Part shown: one piece after another, positions 47,305-55,925 of the stretch
How the letters are laid out: every line of letters starts with the position of its first letter
How positions within the stretch are numbered: the first letter of the stretch is position 1
From: Candidatus Latescibacterota bacterium
GTDB lineage: Bacteria > Latescibacterota > UBA2968 > GCA-2709665
Reading direction: 5' to 3'
Length of the DNA: 64,000 nt
NCBI GenBank assembly: GCA_963667175.2
Contig: CAXXXF010000002.1
Span: 128,001 to 192,000, forward strand
Program-made: the position numbers and the translations under genes
Notes under the pieces: generated by a model
What the model saw: only the letters and a program-made list of their open reading frames with translations
Told to the model about the DNA's origin: nothing
The model's database searches: none

Positions 47305-47866
47305 ATGAACACGGCGGTCCGCTTCCAATCGCATTGGCGACGCTCCCGGAGCGTAACGCCGAAATGGATCTGCAGTGCGCGATGAGTTCCAGCCCGGGCG
47401 CAGCGACGTGGATCTCCTGGTCGAATTCGGTCCCATGGAACCGTAACAGCCCGTTGACAAAGTCCATCCGGGCTGCCTGCCTGTGCGTTCGCACGCAGAC
47501 AGGCGTCCGGCCCTTGTGACCGAGTTACGGCGTTGCCTGCCTGCAGCAGGCAGGCACTCCCTCCCCGAATCCGGGGATTCGAGTCGGTCGTCTGCCTGTG
47601 CGTGTCCGCCTGCCTGCCGAGCACGTCTCGGCGCAGGCAGGCACGCAGACAGGCGCGCCTCGTCTTCGGCCACAATGGCTCGGCCTCGCCTGCAGAGCGA
47701 CTTTTTCAACGGACTGCTATGCCCGGGTCGATGCCAACTTCGGCCTGGTGGAAGCGCTGAGATCGATATTGGAGGAGCAAGTGGACCTGGTGGTTTCAGG
47801 AGCCGTGAAGAACCGATATATCGCAAGTGAGATCGAGCAGACCAAAGAGTACTGTATGTCCCGTGA
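47305..47866 (+). pseudogene. Minimal nucleotidyltransferase (MNT) antitoxin pseudogene, split by a MITE
   Basis: 47366-47443 encodes GSAVRDEFQPGRSDVDLLVEFGPMEP (GSx10DxD). After removing 47446-47717 and one TA it continues YARVDANFGLVEALRSILEEQVDLV..AVKNRYI, ending LYVP* after a further frameshift. Confidence 0.82.
47446..47717. mobile_element. 272-bp non-autonomous MITE with 18-bp imperfect terminal inverted repeats and TA duplication
   Basis: CAGCCCGTTGACAAAGTC (47447-47464) vs GACTTTTTCAACGGACTG (47699-47716); TA at 47444-45 and 47718-19; excision restores the MNT frame. Confidence 0.82.
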
Positions 47867-47936
47867 CGTAAGCGCATGCCTGTCAGATGGTATCGACGCC
47901 TGCGATGCGATCACAAACGCTGTCCGCAATGAATAG
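47856..47936 (+). pseudogene. 5' fragment of a HEPN/DUF86 toxin gene (includes most of direct repeat copy 2, 47853-47904)
   Basis: MSRDVSACLSDGIDACDAIT resembles DUF86 N-termini (M.RD..AYL.DI..AC..I) and overlaps the MNT stop as in MNT-HEPN operons; truncated after 26 codons. Confidence 0.65.
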
Positions 47937-48015
47937 CCGTCCGGTTGACGGTCTGTCGGGTTGGAAACCGAAAGAGCAATGAACCGATTTCAGTCCGAAA
48001 TTTCGACTCAACACT

Positions 48016-49764
48016 ATGGAGAAACCCATGGCTTCAGGCAACGGACTGATGCAGCGAGAGCGCCATACCACGTCCGGAAACGGCGCGTTGCTGGTTGTGA
48101 TCGACAGCGGCGGGCCGTACTGGGAGCGGATGATCGTGGACGAGACGGTTCTGGCCGCGCTGGCCCATTTCGGGATGCCCTATCGGCTGCTGGACCTGGC
48201 TGACGAGCGGCCGACGCCTGAAGCATTGAGCGGCTGCGCCGGTATCGTACTCGCACAGAACGGGCTGGGCGGGAGTCTCAGCGCCGGGGAGGCGGGTCTG
48301 ATTTCGGACGCGGTCCGCAACGGCGCCGGGCTGGTGAATTTCGACTACGATCTCAGGGGATACGCCGGACCCCTTCTGGAGATGTTCGGTTTCGATCGAA
48401 TCAACCCGCATCCGTACGCCACGGATACGTTGCGCGTAGGCGAGCAGGCGCACTACGTCACCGGACTGCAATCGCCCGGGGAATTCCACAGCTTCGACCG
48501 CATGGTGACGGCGATCGCCGTCGAAAAATGGGGCGACTCGGTGGTCCCGCTGGCGGACGGGATTCTGGGAAAGGAGCAGTTGATCTACATCCGGCACCTG
48601 GCGCCGTGGAGCGCGTTCGAGCCGCGCAACTTTTCGCTGGCGTTCGCAACGGAATGGGGAACGGGCCGCGCCGTGCAGTTCACGCTGAATTCCAGGGTGT
48701 GGCGGAACGCGTTCTTCGGTCACGCCCGCGGATTGGACGATCTGTTCTGGCGGTCGATCGTCTGGACCGCCCGCAAGCCGTTCGCCGCCAATATGATTCC
48801 GCCTTTCCTGACCATGTCCTGGGACGACTGCGAGGGACGGCACGATTTTGCCTTCGCCGACGTCGCGCGTCGCTATGGGTACAAACCAATGCCCTCCCTG
48901 TTCATCGCGAACGTGCCGGAGCGGCTGCTTCCCAAAATCAGGGCCGGTATTCAGAGCGGGGGCATTCACTACAACAGCCACGCGCTGGACTATTATCGGC
49001 TGCTGATCTACAATTTCGGAAAGGGCGAGTGCTCACAGGATGAACTGGATTCCAACTTCGCGTTCTCGGACGCATTCTGGAAGCGCGTAGGAGCCTATCC
49101 GGGCGCTACGCTTCGATTCCACTGGGGGGAATACGGGGTCAGGGCGCTGCCATTCCTGAAAGAACGCGGCCATCGGTATTTCTGCCCGGCCTTGCAGACG
49201 GGTCTGCACAAGGCGGATACGTGCATGCAGGACGGTTTCTGGCCGTACGGGTTGCAGACGTGTTATTACGACTATCTGCCAGACGACCACGACTTTTTCG
49301 CGTTCGCGGCCATGCTCGCCCGACACCAGGAGGATTTCCTGACCGGGTGTACGCCGTATCTGCGCGAGAGCGAAAGAGTCGACGTCGAAAAGGCGGCCGG
49401 CAATGCGGCCCAGCAGATCCGCCACGGGCTGAGGGCCGGATTCTACGCGGAGATCGTGACCCACGAACAGAAGTTCGACGCCGTGACCATGGAGGAATGG
49501 GACCGGATTCTCGGCCGAACCCGCGAACTGACGGACGGGTTCGAAAAAATCTATGCGAGCCACGACGAAATCGGCCACTACCTGAAGGGGAAAGACGGCG
49601 TTTGGCTGAGCGAGGTCTCGGTGGAGGGCGAAGGGATGCGCGGTTCACTGGCCGGGAAGACGTCCGCTCCGCTGCGACTTTCCGTATTTCGCGATCGGGA
49701 CGATTCGGTGGAGCGTGAGTTTCGGTCGGTTGACAGGTTTGAAGGCCGGACGGAGATCGGCTGA
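48016..49764 (+). CDS. Hypothetical protein, GATase-like N-domain plus deacetylase-like (NodB-type) C-domain
   Basis: Long ORF with host-like codon usage; LAHFGMPYRLLDL, FLTMSWDD and NSHAL. Exact start uncertain (48016, 48028 or 48049). Confidence 0.55.
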   Translation: MEKPMASGNGLMQRERHTTSGNGALLVVIDSGGPYWERMIVDETVLAALAHFGMPYRLLDLADERPTPEALSGCAGIVLAQNGLGGSLSAGEAGLISDAVRNGAGLVNFDYDLRGYAGPLLEMFGFDRINPHPYATDTLRVGEQAHYVTGLQSPGEFHSFDRMVTAIAVEKWGDSVVPLADGILGKEQLIYIRHLAPWSAFEPRNFSLAFATEWGTGRAVQFTLNSRVWRNAFFGHARGLDDLFWRSIVWTARKPFAANMIPPFLTMSWDDCEGRHDFAFADVARRYGYKPMPSLFIANVPERLLPKIRAGIQSGGIHYNSHALDYYRLLIYNFGKGECSQDELDSNFAFSDAFWKRVGAYPGATLRFHWGEYGVRALPFLKERGHRYFCPALQTGLHKADTCMQDGFWPYGLQTCYYDYLPDDHDFFAFAAMLARHQEDFLTGCTPYLRESERVDVEKAAGNAAQQIRHGLRAGFYAEIVTHEQKFDAVTMEEWDRILGRTRELTDGFEKIYASHDEIGHYLKGKDGVWLSEVSVEGEGMRGSLAGKTSAPLRLSVFRDRDDSVEREFRSVDRFEGRTEIG

Positions 49765-49804
49765 TTTCCGGCTATACGAAGAATAAACGAGAAGGTGGAG
49801 GCCT

Positions 49805-50752
49805 GTGACAGAGATTTTCTTCAACGTCCAGATCGATTGCGAATCCACGCAACGCAGTGTCGACGCCCCCGCGCTGGGCGAGCGATCAATCCGTGGGCTG
49901 GGCGAAATCTTCTCACAGACGGGGATGAAGGGGACGTTTGTGGTCATCCCCTCGGACATGCGGGCGCACGCGCGGGTGTATCGTGAGCTGGAAGCGGAAG
50001 GGCACGAAGTGGGCCTGCACGTTCATCCGGCGGAACAGGGGTACGAAGAATTCTTCGGTATTTACGGTTTCGATGAACAGACGGCAATTCTGAAGGAAGG
50101 CATGGACGTGTTCGCCGATGCCATGGGCCGCCCGCCCATCGTATTCACGCCCGGCTATTTCTCGGCGAATGACCATACGTTTCCCGCGCTGGAGGCGCTG
50201 GGGTTTACGCACGGCGCCGTTTCGATGCCAACGCGAAACCTGCCGCAGTGCGCCTGCGTTTGGGGTAGTTCGCCGCTGGATATCCACTACCCGCACCGGT
50301 ACAACCGGTCCCTTGCCGGCGACGTGGACTTCGTGGACGTACCGCCCACGGTGGACGTGGACTCGCGGATGTGGGGCGGGGCGCACCCGCAGGATCTGCG
50401 GATCGAACTGGTGGACGCCAAGAACCACTGGTATACGATTCACAAGAACGTGAAACGCCAGATCGAGAACGGAAGCGATACACCGGTGAAGTACCTCAAG
50501 GCGCTGACGCACAATATCTTCGACTACGCCAACGCGAATGATTTCCGGAGGGAGACGCTGGTGGGAGTCGTTTCAGCGGCGCGTGAGATCTGCGAACAGC
50601 AGGGATACGCCATGGTTCCGGCAACGGCCGCCGAAATTGCGGAGGCCTATCGCTCCCTGGTCCCGCTGCCCAACCGCGGCACGTCTCTGGACCTGGACAC
50701 AAGAGGGCGTGCGGCATGGACGGGAGGGGGCGCGCAACACGACGTGGAATGA
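49805..50752 (+). CDS. Polysaccharide deacetylase family protein
   Basis: VQIDCE, KGTFVV, GHEVGLHVHP and FTPGYFSAN. GGAGG RBS before GTG. Confidence 0.82.
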   Translation: MTEIFFNVQIDCESTQRSVDAPALGERSIRGLGEIFSQTGMKGTFVVIPSDMRAHARVYRELEAEGHEVGLHVHPAEQGYEEFFGIYGFDEQTAILKEGMDVFADAMGRPPIVFTPGYFSANDHTFPALEALGFTHGAVSMPTRNLPQCACVWGSSPLDIHYPHRYNRSLAGDVDFVDVPPTVDVDSRMWGGAHPQDLRIELVDAKNHWYTIHKNVKRQIENGSDTPVKYLKALTHNIFDYANANDFRRETLVGVVSAAREICEQQGYAMVPATAAEIAEAYRSLVPLPNRGTSLDLDTRGRAAWTGGGAQHDVE

Positions 50753-50927
50753 CGGAAATTCGTAAGCCTGGAATCGCGGCAAAACATCAAAACCAATGCA
50801 ATGCCGCACCCGCGCCGCCCGCGCCACCGGGCGGCCGTTTTGTTTGCCCGAGCATCGATGCGCATCGGTTCTCTGTTCTCTGCTGGGAAATTCTGGCAGA
50901 ATGGGGGGACATCACGGGGCCGGAACG

Positions 50928-51773
50928 CTAATCCAGGTTCAGGATGGAAAGACTGTCCCGATAGATCAACGATTCGATTTCATCCGCGTCCAGGCGCGGC
51001 AGCGCGGTACCTTGGAGCATATCGTTCAGGCTGCGGAGGCCGGCGAGCGAGGCGTCGATGGTCGTAAACGGATAGTCGGTGCCGAAGAGGAGTTTGTCCC
51101 AGACGCCGTATTCCTGAACGAGCATCAGGCTGTGGTAAAGTTGGAACGGACGGTAGTGCAGGGCGCTGACGTCGGCGTAGACGTTGGGGTGTTTCCGGAT
51201 GACGGCAACGCATTCCCCTTCGTAGGGGTGCCCCAGATGCGCCAGAATGATCTTGACGTCCGGAAAGCGGATGGCGACGGGGTCCAGGTGACGGGGGAGT
51301 GTACACTCCAGGGGCGCCTGGGCGACGAACGTGGTGCCCGTATGCAGCAGTACCGGCAGGCCGTGTTCACCGGCGTAGCGCCAGAGCGGGTCAAGCGACG
51401 GGTCGTCCGGTCTGAAGCCTGCGTACATCGAGAGTAACTTGATCCCCTTGAGGCCGAGGCCCTGGTGACCCTCCCTCAACTCCTCCTGCCAGGCCTCCTG
51501 GGTGGGGTCGACCGACAGGAAGCCGATAAGCGAATCAGGGAATTCGGCCGCCCGCTCTGCAACGTAGCGGTCGTCTACCCACATTCCGCTCAGCCGGGCC
51601 TTGCCCCCGAAGACGACCGTTCGAACCGGCTCGCGCGCCTGGGCCAGGTATGCTTCATAGCCGGCCGAGAGGTCGATTTCCGCGTCGCCGCGGGCGCGCA
51701 TGGCCTGACGTTGGAACTGTTGGGTAAAGTGTTGTGGATACCGGAAGACATGGGCGTGTACGTCGATAATCAT
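50928..51773 (-). CDS. Amidohydrolase-2 family TIM-barrel hydrolase
   Basis: IIDVHAH, GLKGIKL, PVLLHTG, IILAHLGHP and KLLFGTDYP. Confidence 0.92.
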   Translation of the reverse strand: MIIDVHAHVFRYPQHFTQQFQRQAMRARGDAEIDLSAGYEAYLAQAREPVRTVVFGGKARLSGMWVDDRYVAERAAEFPDSLIGFLSVDPTQEAWQEELREGHQGLGLKGIKLLSMYAGFRPDDPSLDPLWRYAGEHGLPVLLHTGTTFVAQAPLECTLPRHLDPVAIRFPDVKIILAHLGHPYEGECVAVIRKHPNVYADVSALHYRPFQLYHSLMLVQEYGVWDKLLFGTDYPFTTIDASLAGLRSLNDMLQGTALPRLDADEIESLIYRDSLSILNLD

Positions 51774-51859
51774 CTGTTATGTCCTTCAGGGACGGAGAGG
51801 GTTCGAAGTCGTGTCCGCGAACCCTGCGCCTCGCAGATGCGACACAGGGCCTTCCGCGT

Positions 51860-52870
51860 TTACAGTGGATCGATCCGGATCAGGGTTTCCTCATCTTCAT
51901 CAAACCGGAGGGGATTCTTCAGGGGTCTGCCGAAACCGTTCCAGGAGACGCTCATGGCGTCTCCGTCTTCCAGGGTGATTCCGGCGCCGAAACTGAACGC
52001 ATCCGCGCCGAAGAAGAAGATGTGCGCGTCATCCGGGCGGCGGTGCTGGGGGTACTTGAAATGGTGGTGTTCCAGGTTGGCCAGACTGTGCGCCATGTTC
52101 GCTTCGCCGGTGGCGATGGTTCCGGACCAGATCGTGCGCCCGTCCCGTTCGACCGCGACTCTTCCGGCCACGTCCTCAAAATCGGGGTCCAGGATGAGTT
52201 CCGGCCCGAAAGAGCAGGTGCGAAGTTTCGAGGGTGCCAGATAGAGGTAGTTTTTCTTTTCAGTTACGTGGTCGGAGAACTCGTTGCCGGGGGCCATGCC
52301 GATTCGCCTGGGATTCCCTTCAGGGTCGATAATGTATGCCCCGGCGATTTCGGGTTCTTCGCCGCCGTCGCCCGCAAACGCCGGTACGTCCAGCGGATCC
52401 CCGTGCGCCCGAAGGATGGCGCCGTTGCCTTTGTAGAACCACTCCGGCGGTACGCCCACGTTACCGGGGTCCGGCCTGCCTCCTCGCAGGCCCCATTGGT
52501 ACATTCGCATGCTGTCGGTGATTTGCGCTTCACCGGGGCCGTCCTGTTCGTGCATGGCCTGCCGGTTGTCAACGCTGGCCCGGTGGGTCAGCCCGGTGCC
52601 GGCCACCAGACAACGTGAAGGCTCGCCGGGGTGATCGTATGCGGGCAGGAGCCTCCACACGGACCGGCCGTGGTAGACGGCGTCGTAGTCCTGAAAGTCT
52701 CCACCCAGCTTTGCTTCCACTTCCGAAGAAAGGGTTTCCCCGGATTGCAGAACGAAGGCCGCGATGCCGTGGATCGACGCGTGTCCGTCAATCAGCCGGC
52801 AGCGGTTCCCGTCGATTGCGGCAATACGACGTCCCGCTTCGGGATGGATCAGCTGGACGAGTCTGAACAT
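51860..52870 (-). CDS. araD1: AraD1/GguC-family fumarylacetoacetate-hydrolase-fold protein (sugar-acid dehydratase-like)
   Basis: GTGLTH..S, PEWFYKGNG, GGEEPEIAG, GNEFSDHVTEKKNYLYLAPSKLR and GEANMAHSLANLEHHHFKY. Confidence 0.88.
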   Translation of the reverse strand: MFRLVQLIHPEAGRRIAAIDGNRCRLIDGHASIHGIAAFVLQSGETLSSEVEAKLGGDFQDYDAVYHGRSVWRLLPAYDHPGEPSRCLVAGTGLTHRASVDNRQAMHEQDGPGEAQITDSMRMYQWGLRGGRPDPGNVGVPPEWFYKGNGAILRAHGDPLDVPAFAGDGGEEPEIAGAYIIDPEGNPRRIGMAPGNEFSDHVTEKKNYLYLAPSKLRTCSFGPELILDPDFEDVAGRVAVERDGRTIWSGTIATGEANMAHSLANLEHHHFKYPQHRRPDDAHIFFFGADAFSFGAGITLEDGDAMSVSWNGFGRPLKNPLRFDEDEETLIRIDPL

Positions 52871-52944
52871 GGGAGTGTTCTGTCCCGGAGGTCAGTTGCC
52901 CGAATTCGGCCGTTTCCCGTTCGCACTGCGGCTCCGGATGCCGG

Positions 52945-55053
52945 TTACAGGTTCCGCTCCGTGAGTCCGGCCCGGTTCGTGCGAATCAAAGGCGTTCCGT
53001 TGTAGGCGACGTCGCCGCCGTCGAGTACCGAGGCGCGGACGGGTCGCTCATCGTGAAGGGTGAGAACACAGAGGGTACCGGTGAAGGTGAGACCGTCGCA
53101 TTCCGTGGTCTTGCCGTCCACGCCGTAAACGACAAGATCGGTGCTGGCGCCGCGCCGGACCCGGACGCCGCGGGCGATTTCAGGGCGGCAGGGTTTTCCG
53201 TCGGCGCCGGCCGTGCGCCGCGCGACGCTGACCTCGTCCGGCTCCGCGTTGAACGGGACGAGAGCGACGTCGTACACAACGGCGTTCGCACCCTCGCCCC
53301 TGACCCATTTCTGCAGACCAATCCAGTAACGGTCCGGATAATTTCCTGGCGTGCCGTCCTTTGCTTCGTAGGAAGTCCCGCGGCGGACGTAATGGATCTC
53401 CGATGGTTTTGCGGGTACGGCCTGCAATCCCGGGCGGCTGGCGGTGAGCATACGGCGCCGGGTTCCCTTCCACCGGTGTGGAGCATGAAGGTACCAGGTG
53501 TAGGCATGGTGCTGGGGGCCTTCGAAGACGGCGTCGGAAACGAGGAAACAGTCGGGTTTCAGAAAGGTGATTCGTCGTTGGACGCGAGTGCCGTACTGCC
53601 GTTCGTAGGCGCGGTGGGACGCGGAAAAATAGTCTATGGTCTTTCCGGTCGCCCAGACGGCGTCCTCTCCGCGGTGATGGACCCGATCCATCGGCGCGTC
53701 GTTGACCACGACCTGATTGTGGGCCTGGGGAGAACGAAAAAACTGATCGAGCGGGTTGTCGTAGGGTCCCCACCGGTTCGTCTCGACGGCCACCGGCGCG
53801 CCATGGGCGTAGATCGTGAAATCGAGCAGGTCGTTGTGGGTATGGCCGCCGCCCCACGGACCGTAGTTGACGAGGAGATAACGGGCATCCTTATCCCAGT
53901 CCGAACGCATGACGGCAAAGCCGGAAGGGCGTTTGTCGATGGAGGTATACTTGGGCCTTTTCGGCCGGACTCCGGAGACCGATTTGATCCTGTCACGCAC
54001 CGGCCAGAGGTATCGGCCGTCCCCTGTCACTTCGGTGGCGCGCCGCAAGATGCCGTCCTGAGGACCGATCCCGCCATCGTTGAATCCCTGGGATTCGCCC
54101 AGCGGGGTCGTGGTGGCCAGGAACCAGTCGTACATCCGTATGATGGCTTTACGCAGGTCAGGCTCGACGTCGATGGCAGGATTCTGCTCCGAGAATGCCA
54201 GGAGATCCTCGCTGATGCGGGTGCACCACGCGCCATAGCCGGAGGCGCGCTCGTGGTGGCAGCCGTCGGCATAAAAGTCCCTGTCGACGTGTTCGAGCAG
54301 GCGTTTCACGCCAATCTTCACCCAGTCTTCCGACTCCCTGAATTCGGGGAAGAGGCCTCCCGCGTAAACCAGCGCCCACGAGCCGCACATCTGCCAGTTC
54401 CCGCTGCGATAGCCGTCATCCTTTTCGAGCAGATAGAGCCACCGCCCGGCCCCCAGAATGGTCTTCAGCAGGCGTTTGTGTGTGATCGGCCGCAGGATGC
54501 CGGTGGACCGATACGCGAAGTAGTGATCGATAAACCGCGGCGTGCGTCCGCCAAGGCCGAGTTCATAGAAAATGACGTCGTGTCCGGCGGGGTTGTCTAT
54601 GTCGTTTCGTTGTTCGTACCACTGATTGAACAGATCGTCGAAACATTCCACGTAGCGGGAATCGCCGGTCTGCCCGTAAGCGACCCGAAGGCATTCGGAC
54701 CACCCCCAATAGTGCGTGCCATAGATGCCTGACCGGCCCCACTTTGCATTGAAGTCGACCTTTTTTCCAAACTTGTAGGTCAGGTCGTGCCAGCCCCGGA
54801 TCTCGTGAGCGACGACGCGTTCGGCCTCCCGAATCCGTCCCGGTTCGGAGGTTTCGGCCGTGGGCGCGACCATATTGAGGGGTTCCTTCCGCGCGGAAAA
54901 GTAATCGCCCCAGGCGGCGGCCGCTTGATTCCACTTTCCCGCTTTCACCGCTTTGCGGACCGGTTTCAAGCCCGCCCCCTTCAGGCGAATCGCCGCGAAG
55001 AGGTCCTTGTTCGCAATGGAACGCATTTTTGTTCGGCTGATTCCAGGAGGCAT
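52945..55053 (-). CDS. Heparinase II/III-family polysaccharide lyase-like protein
   Basis: SGNWQM, ADGCHHERASGY, SGFAVMRSDW, GGGHTHNDLL and AHNQVVVN. Start may be 55026. Confidence 0.87.
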   Translation of the reverse strand: MPPGISRTKMRSIANKDLFAAIRLKGAGLKPVRKAVKAGKWNQAAAAWGDYFSARKEPLNMVAPTAETSEPGRIREAERVVAHEIRGWHDLTYKFGKKVDFNAKWGRSGIYGTHYWGWSECLRVAYGQTGDSRYVECFDDLFNQWYEQRNDIDNPAGHDVIFYELGLGGRTPRFIDHYFAYRSTGILRPITHKRLLKTILGAGRWLYLLEKDDGYRSGNWQMCGSWALVYAGGLFPEFRESEDWVKIGVKRLLEHVDRDFYADGCHHERASGYGAWCTRISEDLLAFSEQNPAIDVEPDLRKAIIRMYDWFLATTTPLGESQGFNDGGIGPQDGILRRATEVTGDGRYLWPVRDRIKSVSGVRPKRPKYTSIDKRPSGFAVMRSDWDKDARYLLVNYGPWGGGHTHNDLLDFTIYAHGAPVAVETNRWGPYDNPLDQFFRSPQAHNQVVVNDAPMDRVHHRGEDAVWATGKTIDYFSASHRAYERQYGTRVQRRITFLKPDCFLVSDAVFEGPQHHAYTWYLHAPHRWKGTRRRMLTASRPGLQAVPAKPSEIHYVRRGTSYEAKDGTPGNYPDRYWIGLQKWVRGEGANAVVYDVALVPFNAEPDEVSVARRTAGADGKPCRPEIARGVRVRRGASTDLVVYGVDGKTTECDGLTFTGTLCVLTLHDERPVRASVLDGGDVAYNGTPLIRTNRAGLTERNL

Positions 55054-55166
55054 GATCTGAACCCTCGCGCCGTCGGTGCGTTGAACGGGGATTTGCAGCG
55101 GTGAACGTGTGGCCCTGGCGGAAAGCGCCTGCTGTATACGGCGGAACGGAGCGTCCGCAGGCGCTT

Positions 55167-55874
55167 TCAGGCAAGACCGAGTGCGCGTACGGCATGCTGG
55201 ATGGAACGGGCGGCGGACTCAAGGGAGGTCCGGCCGGTATTCAGAACGACATGATACAGGCCGGGATCGTCCCAGTTGATATGGTAGTTGTCTCTGAGGT
55301 ACGCGGACCGACGCCTGTCGCTCTTCTGAATCAGTTCTCTGGCCTCTTTGCCGCTGCGCAGGTTTTGACGATCCACGACAACCTGGATGCGTTTGTACAG
55401 GGGGGCCACGGTGCGGACATGCAGCGTGTCGGGGTCATCCCTGAGGATGGCCTGGCCCCCTCGACCCACGATGATGACCCTGTCGCGTTTGCGAAGACGG
55501 TGGACCGTGGCCTGAAGAAACCTGAGGTAGTCCCGCTGATCCAGAAGGTGTCTTTCCTCGTTGTTCGTCGCGTCGTTGGTCAGGAGCGCGGCCGACACTT
55601 CGTACGGAAACTCCAGTCCCCAGAGCATGGCCGGCGGTGTCGGAACGGATCGGGAAGGCACGATCAGGCTGTGGATGAATCGCTTCACCGCGCTCTGCGT
55701 CCGCTCGTCGAATTTCTCGACTTCGGATTCCGGCACGTTGGCTTCTCTCGCGACTTCGGTGATGATGTTCTTGTCCACGAAGTCGTAACCGAGAACTTCC
55801 GATGCCCGGCGAGCGACCAGATCTCCGATACTGCCGAGCTGGCGTGAGACGGTAATTAGGGCCACGCGAGACAT
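55167..55874 (-). CDS. Cytidylate kinase-like family protein
   Basis: ITVSRQLGSIG, VIIVGRGG and DRRRSAY...W.DP.LYHVVLNT. Confidence 0.88.
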   Translation of the reverse strand: MSRVALITVSRQLGSIGDLVARRASEVLGYDFVDKNIITEVAREANVPESEVEKFDERTQSAVKRFIHSLIVPSRSVPTPPAMLWGLEFPYEVSAALLTNDATNNEERHLLDQRDYLRFLQATVHRLRKRDRVIIVGRGGQAILRDDPDTLHVRTVAPLYKRIQVVVDRQNLRSGKEARELIQKSDRRRSAYLRDNYHINWDDPGLYHVVLNTGRTSLESAARSIQHAVRALGLA

Positions 55875-55925
55875 CCTGTACAGTGAGACGACGGATGAGG
55901 AGCGCGCGGGCTGCCCGTGCTCCAC

